Assembly: GCA_963753435.1 (NCBI GenBank)
Contig: CAVWCF010000001.1
Coordinates: forward strand, 1,636,502-1,700,501
Reading direction: 5' to 3'
From: an uncultured Actinomycetota bacterium
Lineage (GTDB): Bacteria > Actinomycetota > Actinomycetes > CAVWCF01
Length of the DNA stretch: 64,000 nucleotides
In this document: piece by piece, positions 57,427 to 64,000 of the stretch
How the letters are laid out: each line of letters begins with the position of its first letter
How positions within the stretch are numbered: position 1 is the first letter of the stretch
Notes under the pieces: model-generated
The model's input: the letters and a program-made list of their open reading frames with translations, nothing else
What the model was told of the DNA's origin: nothing
Database searches by the model: none
Program-made: the position numbers and the translations under genes

Positions 57427-59074
57427 CGTCAGCTCCTTGTTTGGGCGGGAACATTCCTGGCGGTGGCTCGCCGCCGCCCCACGTGAGGAGATCCACCGAA
57501 CCGGACTCGGGCAGGTCCGAGTGCCGCTCTGCTTCTGCGCGCAGGCGAGTCAGGTGGAACGACTCCACCGAAGCCGGGCTTGGACGCACTTCACCAGTTG
57601 CGGATACCGCACCCATCCCGGGGCCACCCGACACGTCCAGGCTGCAGCCCTCCAGGCTCTCCTCCAGGGCCGCTGCCTGTTCGGCGTGTGCCGCCGGTAT
57701 CACGTAGCGCTCCTCGTATTTGGCGATGGCCAGCAGCCGGTACATCTCCTCCAGCTGCTCCACTTCCAAGCCGACCGCGGCCGGAATCGACACGTCGGGC
57801 TCGCGACCCAGGTTCACGTCGCGCATGAACGAACGCATGGCGGCGAGTTTGCGCAAGGCGGCGTCCACCGGTCCGGCATCGCCGGCCGACAGCAGCCCGG
57901 CCAGGTAGTCGATGGGGATTCGCAGCGCCTCTATCGCGCCGAACAGGTTGCCGGCCGATTCGCCGTCATTGCCGGTGTTGGCTAGCGCGTCGACCACTGG
58001 CGACAGCGGCGGGACGTACCAGACCATGGGCATGGTCCGGTACTCCGGATGCAGCGGAAGCGCGACGCCGTAGACCTTGGCCAAGGCGTAGACAGGTGAA
58101 CGCTGCGCAGCCGAAATCCAGTCCTCCGGCATACCACCGGCCCGGGCCCCGGCAACGACCTCGGGATCGTTGGGGTCCAGGAGCAGATCCAACTGAGCGG
58201 CGAGCAAGTCCTTGTCGTCCTTGACCGACGCTGCGGCGGTCACCTTGTCTGCGTCGTACAGGAACAGACCGAGGTAGCGGAGTCGACCGACGCAGGTCTC
58301 CGAACACACCGTTGGCATGCCCACCTCAATGCGCGGGTAGCACAGCGTGCACTTCTCCGCCTTGCCCGTGCGGTGGTTGAAGTACACCTTCTTGTACGGG
58401 CAGCCGGAGATGCACATGCGCCAGCCGCGGCAGCGGTCCTGATCGACCAGCACGATTCCGTCTTCAGCGCGCTTGTACATCGCCCCGGACGGGCAGGACG
58501 CCACGCAAGCCGGGTTCAGGCAGTGCTCGCAGATGCGCGGCAGGTAGAACATGAACGTCTTCTCGAACTCCAGGCGCACCTGGTCGCCGATCGACTGCAG
58601 GATCGGATCACCGGGCGCCGTTTCCGGTGCCCCACCGAGATCGTCATCCCAGTTGGCGCTCCATTTGATGGCCATGTCCTTGCCCGTGATCATCGACTTC
58701 GGCCGCGCCACCGGAACGGTGTCCGTCGCCGGCGAGGAGATCAGGTTGTCGTAGTCGTAGGTCCACGGCTCGTAGTAGTCGTCAAGACTCGGCAACTTCG
58801 GATTGGCGAAGATCGTGGCCAGACGCTTGAGTCGCGAGCCACCCTTTAGTCGTAGCCGGCCGCGACGGGTCAGTTCCCATCCGCCCTTCCACTGCTCCTG
58901 GTCCTCGTAGCGACGCGGGTAACCGAGGCCCGGACGTGTCTCCACGTTGTTGAACCACACGTACTCAGTGCCCGAGCGGTTCGTCCACGTCTGCTTGCAG
59001 GTGACCGAGCACGTGTGACACCCGATGCACTTGTCCAGGTTCATCACCATGCCCAGCTGGGCCATGACGCGCAT
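57416..59074 (-). CDS. narH: Respiratory nitrate reductase beta subunit
   Basis: NLDKCIGCHTCSVTCK, CEHCLNPAC, CRGWRMC, PLHPEYRT. Confidence 0.98.
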   Translation of the reverse strand: MRVMAQLGMVMNLDKCIGCHTCSVTCKQTWTNRSGTEYVWFNNVETRPGLGYPRRYEDQEQWKGGWELTRRGRLRLKGGSRLKRLATIFANPKLPSLDDYYEPWTYDYDNLISSPATDTVPVARPKSMITGKDMAIKWSANWDDDLGGAPETAPGDPILQSIGDQVRLEFEKTFMFYLPRICEHCLNPACVASCPSGAMYKRAEDGIVLVDQDRCRGWRMCISGCPYKKVYFNHRTGKAEKCTLCYPRIEVGMPTVCSETCVGRLRYLGLFLYDADKVTAAASVKDDKDLLAAQLDLLLDPNDPEVVAGARAGGMPEDWISAAQRSPVYALAKVYGVALPLHPEYRTMPMVWYVPPLSPVVDALANTGNDGESAGNLFGAIEALRIPIDYLAGLLSAGDAGPVDAALRKLAAMRSFMRDVNLGREPDVSIPAAVGLEVEQLEEMYRLLAIAKYEERYVIPAAHAEQAAALEESLEGCSLDVSGGPGMGAVSATGEVRPSPASVESFHLTRLRAEAERHSDLPESGSVDLLTWGGGEPPPGMFPPKQGADDDK

Positions 59075-62000
59075 CAGTACTGCACCTCCTGCGAGCGCCG
59101 GCGGATCACTGTGACTTCGTCACGCTGATTACCGGTGGGGCCGTAGTAGTTGAAGCCGTAGGAGAACTGGCCATACCCGCCGATGAGGTGAGTGGGTTTC
59201 AACAGCAGCCGGGTCAACGAGTTGTGAATCCCGCCGCGTTTGCCGGTCGCCTCCACTCTCGGGACGTCCACCGTCCGGTCCTTCGCGTGGTACATGAAGA
59301 CCGTCCCCTCCGGCATTCGGTGGCTGACCACGGCACGGGCGACCACCACGCCGTTGCGGTTGACCGCCTCGATCCACTCGTTGTCCTTGACGCCGATCTT
59401 GGCTGCGTCCTCGACGCTCATCCAGATGTCCGGACCACCGCGAGACAGCGCCAGCATGAAGAGGTTGTCCTGGTACTCCGAATGGATGGACCACTTGGAG
59501 TGTGGCGTTAGATACCGGACGGCAACTCCGACCTCGTCGACGTCACCGATCTTCGGGTAGCCGGAGAGCACGTGCAGATTCAGCGGCGGTCGGTAAACCG
59601 GGAACCACTCTCCCGACTCAGCCATCCAGTCGTGGTCGACGAAGAAGTGTTGGCGACCTGACAACGTGTGCCAGGGCTTGAGTCGTTCGACATTGATGAC
59701 GAACGGGCTGTAACGCCGGCCGCCGTGTTCGCTGCCGGACCACTCCCAGGAGGTGACCACTGGCTGTGGTCGCGCCTGTGTGTCGGCGAACGTGATCTGG
59801 GTGCCCTCGTGGTCCTCGGCCAAGTCCGCCAATCGCTGCCCCGTGCGCTGCTCCAGTTGCTTGAAGCCAGCGACGGCCACTTGGCCGTTGGAAACGCCGG
59901 ACAGGGTCAGGATCGCCTCGCAGGCCTGTTCCGCCGTCTTCAGTTGGGGGCGGCCGTCAGCAACGCCACCCTGGGTGGTCCCGTTGACTCGACGAAGCCG
60001 CTCCACCGATTCCGGCTGCTTCAGGGTCACACCCTTGACGACGGTGCCGAGGTTCTCCACGTTCGGACCCAGGCTGCTCATCATGTCGGAAAGCGCCCCA
60101 TAGTCGCGTTCGACCACCATCAGCCCGGGCATCGTCTGACCGGGGATCGGCTCGCACTCTCCCGCCTTCCAGTCGAGAACCCGGCCACCCGGCTGCGCCG
60201 TCTCCCCAGGAGTGTCGTGCTGCAACGGCATCGCCACCAGGTCCTTGCGGACACCTAGGTGCTTGGCCGCCAAGCGGCTGAACACCTTCGCCATGTCCTG
60301 GAACGCGTCGTAGTCACTCCGGGTCTGCCACGGCGGCGCGATCGCGGCATTGAAAGCGTGGATGAACGGGTGCATGTCCGTGCTGGACAGGTCGTACTTC
60401 TCGTACCAGGTCGCCGCCGGTAGCAGCACGTCCGAGAACAGCCCGGTCGACGTCATCCGGAAGTCCATGCTGACCAGCAGATCCAGCTTCCCTACCGGGG
60501 CTTCCTCGCGCCAAACGACGCTTTCGGGCCGCGATTCCGGCGGAGTCTCGACCGCGTTGCCGACGGCACCATCCGCGCCGAGCAGGTGGTGCAGGAAGTA
60601 CTCGTTGCCCTTGCCGGAACTGCCCAGCAGATTCGCGCGCCAGACGGTGAGCACCCTTGGGAAGTTGACCGGGTTGTCCGGGTCCTCTGCAGCGAATCGC
60701 AGCGAGCCGGACTTCAGTTGCTCGACCGTGTAGTCCGCGGGGCTCACACCGGCGGACTCGGCCTCGTCCACCAGGTCCAAGGGGTTGCGGTCGAAGGTCG
60801 GGTAACTCGGCGTCCACCCCATGCGGGCCGCCTGCGCGAGCGTGTCGGCCATCGCCTTGCCCGCGAACGAACCATGACCGGTCTTGGCGGCGATCTGCTC
60901 CGCACCGAACGCGTCGTACCGCCACTGGTCGGTGTTGAGGTACCAGAACGAAGTGCCGGCCATCTGCCGCGGCGGCCGTCGCCAGTCCAAGCCGAAGGCC
61001 AGTTGCGCCCAGCCCGTGAACGGCCGCGCCTTCTCCTGCCCGACGTAGTGCGCCCACCCGCCGCCGTTCTTGCCCTGGCATCCGGTCAGTAGCACCAACG
61101 CGATGATGGCTCGGTAGATGGTGTCGGAGTGGTACCAGTGGTTGGTTCCAGCCCCCAGGGCGATCATTGAACGCCCCCCGGACTCCAGCGCATTGGCGGC
61201 GAACTCCCGGCCGATCCGCTCCACGGTGTCTGCCGGCACGGAGGTGATCTCCTCCTGCCAAGCGGGCGTGTACGGGGAGTCGGCATCGTCGTAGCCCCTG
61301 GCCCATTGCCCGGGCAGACCATCACGGCCAACCCCGTACTGGGCCAGCAACAGGTCGTAGACCGTCGTGACCTTGCGGCCCGCAACGGTGCGCACCGGCA
61401 CGCCGCGCCGAATCACCTCGCCGCGCTCATCGGCATCTCGACCGATGTCGAAGCGCGGCAGAAGGACTTCCACCGAGTCCGCGCCGGGGTACACGCTCAG
61501 CAGCGGGTCAACGCCCTCAAGGTCCAGGTTCCACCGACCCATGCCGGAGTCGGTGTGCCGGAAGCCCAACGATCCGTTGGGAACGACCGGCTCGCCGCTC
61601 GTCGAATCCAGCAGGACGGTCTTCCACTCCTGCTTGTCCCCGTCCTGGCCCAGGTCGGCGGCCGTCAGGAACCGTCCGGGAATGTAAGCGCCGTCCTTCT
61701 CGTCCAGCGTCACCAACATCGGCAGGTCGGTGTACTGCTTGGAGTAGTCGACAAACGCGGGGGTGGGCGAGTCGACGTAGAACTCCTTGAGAATGACGTG
61801 GCCCATTGCCATCGCCAGCGCGCCATCGGTTCCTGGGTGCGCGGCCAGCCACTCGTCGGCGAACTTGGTGTTGTCGGCGTAGTCGGGGCTGACCGTCACG
61901 ACCTTCTGTCCGCGGTAGCGGGCCTCGGTCATGAAGTGGGCGTCCGGGGTCCGCGTCGTGGGGATGTTCGAGCCCCACATGATCAGGTACGAGGCGTTCC

Positions 62001-62772
62001 ACCAGTCCGCGCTCTCGGGAACGTCGGTCTGGTCGCCCCAAACCTGCGGAGAGGCGATCGGCAGGTCGCAGTACCAGTCGTAGAACGACAACATCGCCCC
62101 GCCGATCAGCGACGTGTAACGGGCGCCGGCGGCGTGGGAGGCCATCGACATCGCCGGAATCGGCGAGAAGCCAGCGACTCGGTCCGGACCGTACTTCTTG
62201 ATGGTGTGCACCTGAGCGGCGGCCACGATCTCCAGCGCCTCATCCCAGGAGGCGCGCACCAGACCACCCTTGCCACGCCTGGACTTGTAATGGCGAGTGG
62301 CCTCTTCGTTGTCCATAAGCGCCGTCCACGCGTCCACGGGGTCGCCGCCGACGGCTGCCTTGGCGTCGCGGTACAACTGCAACAGATCGGCGCGAACGTA
62401 CGGGTAGCGGATGCGGGTAGGGCTGTACGTGTACCAACTGAATGCCGCCCCCCGCGGGCAACCCCGGGGCTCGTACTCGGGCGAATCCGGACCGACCGAC
62501 GGGTAGTCCGTCTCCTGTGTCTCCCAGGTGATGATCCCGTCCTTGACGTAGACCTTCCAGGAGCAAGAGCCGGTGCAGTTGACCCCGTGCGTGCTGCGCA
62601 CCACACGGTCATGGCTCCAGCGGTTTCGGTAGAAGACATCGGCCTCACGGCCGCCAACCAGGTTCAGCGTCCGCCCGTCGCGGCTGACCTGATCCTTGCT
62701 GAAGAAGCGTCGAGTGGAGATGAGCGCACTGGTTAGTGCGTCCTCTCCCAGGCCAGTTGCTCCGGTGCTCAT
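59074..62772 (-). CDS. narG: Respiratory nitrate reductase alpha subunit
   Basis: RSTHGVNCTGSCSW, EPRGCPRG, SFYDWY.DLP, TPHSKWSIHS, GPTGNQRD; start taken at ATG 62772. Confidence 0.98.
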   Translation of the reverse strand: MSTGATGLGEDALTSALISTRRFFSKDQVSRDGRTLNLVGGREADVFYRNRWSHDRVVRSTHGVNCTGSCSWKVYVKDGIITWETQETDYPSVGPDSPEYEPRGCPRGAAFSWYTYSPTRIRYPYVRADLLQLYRDAKAAVGGDPVDAWTALMDNEEATRHYKSRRGKGGLVRASWDEALEIVAAAQVHTIKKYGPDRVAGFSPIPAMSMASHAAGARYTSLIGGAMLSFYDWYCDLPIASPQVWGDQTDVPESADWWNASYLIMWGSNIPTTRTPDAHFMTEARYRGQKVVTVSPDYADNTKFADEWLAAHPGTDGALAMAMGHVILKEFYVDSPTPAFVDYSKQYTDLPMLVTLDEKDGAYIPGRFLTAADLGQDGDKQEWKTVLLDSTSGEPVVPNGSLGFRHTDSGMGRWNLDLEGVDPLLSVYPGADSVEVLLPRFDIGRDADERGEVIRRGVPVRTVAGRKVTTVYDLLLAQYGVGRDGLPGQWARGYDDADSPYTPAWQEEITSVPADTVERIGREFAANALESGGRSMIALGAGTNHWYHSDTIYRAIIALVLLTGCQGKNGGGWAHYVGQEKARPFTGWAQLAFGLDWRRPPRQMAGTSFWYLNTDQWRYDAFGAEQIAAKTGHGSFAGKAMADTLAQAARMGWTPSYPTFDRNPLDLVDEAESAGVSPADYTVEQLKSGSLRFAAEDPDNPVNFPRVLTVWRANLLGSSGKGNEYFLHHLLGADGAVGNAVETPPESRPESVVWREEAPVGKLDLLVSMDFRMTSTGLFSDVLLPAATWYEKYDLSSTDMHPFIHAFNAAIAPPWQTRSDYDAFQDMAKVFSRLAAKHLGVRKDLVAMPLQHDTPGETAQPGGRVLDWKAGECEPIPGQTMPGLMVVERDYGALSDMMSSLGPNVENLGTVVKGVTLKQPESVERLRRVNGTTQGGVADGRPQLKTAEQACEAILTLSGVSNGQVAVAGFKQLEQRTGQRLADLAEDHEGTQITFADTQARPQPVVTSWEWSGSEHGGRRYSPFVINVERLKPWHTLSGRQHFFVDHDWMAESGEWFPVYRPPLNLHVLSGYPKIGDVDEVGVAVRYLTPHSKWSIHSEYQDNLFMLALSRGGPDIWMSVEDAAKIGVKDNEWIEAVNRNGVVVARAVVSHRMPEGTVFMYHAKDRTVDVPRVEATGKRGGIHNSLTRLLLKPTHLIGGYGQFSYGFNYYGPTGNQRDEVTVIRRRSQEVQY

Positions 62773-63431
62773 GGGGCCCCTTCCGGAAGGGTGCGCAGAT
62801 GTGCGACGCACAAGGAATCGCGCACGAATGAGTCAAGCCGATCGAGACCTACGGGGGAACCCAGTTCGGCGAAGAAGCCGGCCAGCAACGCGGCATGGAC
62901 TGAACACACCGAGGGCTGCCGCCGCGCCAACTCTGCGAACGGGCACGAGGTCAGGTAGATGCGGTCACCGAGAGGTTCGCCTTGAGCTTCGAAACCGAGC
63001 TCCCCCATTGCCGCAACGGCCAGTTGGGTTGCGGTCGCAGCAGTCAGTGGCTCATCGGAGTTGCGGGCAACACGCACCCGATTGGCCCAGGACCGGCCGG
63101 CGGCACGAGCCGCCTCGTCGCTGTCCATCTGCGCGATCCCGGCAGCGAGTTCAGCTGCCAGTTGCTGGTAGGGATTGGTGGTCGCGGGGGCCGCAGCGCG
63201 ATACAGCACCCGTGGCCGACCCGGCTCAGATCGCTCCTCTGTGTCCCGCTCCGCCTGCCCGAGGTCGACGAGCATTTGCAGGTGTCCGCGCACGGTGTTC
63301 GGGTGCAGGCCGCTTCGCTGACTGAGTTCGGCGACGTCGAGGGGTACCGCCGATTCGTGCAGCAATTCCAGCAGCCGCTGCCGCGACGAGGCCGCCGCGG
63401 ACGCCGGGTCCGCCTTTTCTACAAACGTCAC
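62769..63431 (-). CDS. ArsR-like wHTH regulator with Cys/His sensor domain (ArnR/SufR-like)
   Basis: GLHPNTVR.HL..L, PGRPR..Y, CPF..LA..P.VC.VH and a C-terminal Cys; stop overlaps the narG start. Confidence 0.85.
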   Translation of the reverse strand: MTFVEKADPASAAASSRQRLLELLHESAVPLDVAELSQRSGLHPNTVRGHLQMLVDLGQAERDTEERSEPGRPRVLYRAAAPATTNPYQQLAAELAAGIAQMDSDEAARAAGRSWANRVRVARNSDEPLTAATATQLAVAAMGELGFEAQGEPLGDRIYLTSCPFAELARRQPSVCSVHAALLAGFFAELGSPVGLDRLDSFVRDSLCVAHLRTLPEGAP

Positions 63432-63513
63432 CGTAAGAACTCCGATTCCACGGGTGGAAGCACCATCTCGCCACCCGGCCACTGCCGCGCAGTGGCCACA
63501 GCCCCTCATCTTC

Positions 63514-63561
63514 AGGTCAAAAGTCCCGAGAGAAAGGAGGTTGAGTCGGGACTCGACTCCC
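63514..63561. promoter_or_regulatory. Two DosR/DevR-like boxes
   Basis: GGGACTTTTGACCT (minus strand, 63514-27) and GGGACTCGACTCCC (63548-61) between divergent nar and narK. Confidence 0.6.
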
Positions 63562-63615
63562 TGACCCGAACGCAAGTTCGTGAATACGGTGGCCGCGACA
63601 TCGAGAGAGGGATTC

Positions 63616-64000
63616 ATGGTCACCACCGAGGCCGCGCCAGGCCGCTATCGGGTCCTCGTCCTCAGCACCATCGCGTTCACCTTGATGTTCGCGGTTTGGC
63701 TGCAGTTCGGCATCCTCGGCGTGCCGATTCAGGAGGAGTTCGACCTCACCGACACACAGTTCTATTGGCTCACCGCCGTCCCGATCCTCAACGGATCGAT
63801 CTGGCGCATGCTCACCGGAATCCTCGCCGACCGGTACGGCGGCAAGTTGGTCCTGACGGTGATGCTCCTGATGACGGCGATACCCACGCTAGCGCTCAGC
63901 CAGGTAACGAACGTCGCGGTTCTCTACGTGCTCGCGTTCCTGATCGGTTTCGCCGGCAACTCCTTCTCCACCGGCATCGCCTGGAACTCCGCCTGGTTCC
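63616..64000 (+). CDS. narK: Nitrate/nitrite transporter, 5' part (runs off the window)
   Basis: Translated by hand: STIAFTLMFAVW, PILNGSIWR..GILADRYGGK, GFAGNSFSTG..W.SAWF. Confidence 0.9.
   Translation, partial: MVTTEAAPGRYRVLVLSTIAFTLMFAVWLQFGILGVPIQEEFDLTDTQFYWLTAVPILNGSIWRMLTGILADRYGGKLVLTVMLLMTAIPTLALSQVTNVAVLYVLAFLIGFAGNSFSTGIAWNSAWF

Overview
High-GC actinobacterial chromosome segment. Positions 1-15.5 kb form a conserved core block: XPB helicase and its WYL-bearing partner, cold-shock protein, DUF3027, ThpR, serC, citrate synthase 2, VKOR, pdxH, MFS, orphan ParA, photolyase and IdeR/DtxR. Positions 15.5-51 kb are largely accessory. They include a CsoR-family repressor with its operator, a CtpF-like ATPase, a divergent RbpA copy, a CDF transporter, a GH13_18 phosphorylase and tryptophanase. 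They also hold a Liv-type ABC cluster with cytochrome-b-like membrane domains and two surface-anchored neocarzinostatin-apoprotein-like proteins, a STAND-type adenylate cyclase, and several genes broken by +1 frameshifts. tRNA-Arg(CCT) lies at 51.3 kb. Directly beside it is a compact unit: a tyrosine-recombinase homolog that has lost its catalytic residues, apparently co-transcribed with an intact IS4/IS5/IS1182-like DDE transposase, plus a divergent excisionase/AlpA-like HTH gene. This unit is the strongest candidate for an undescribed system. The window ends with an HTH regulator-narGHJI-cupin operon divergent from a partial narK. All calls come from reading motifs by eye. No database searches were run, and several start codons are best guesses.
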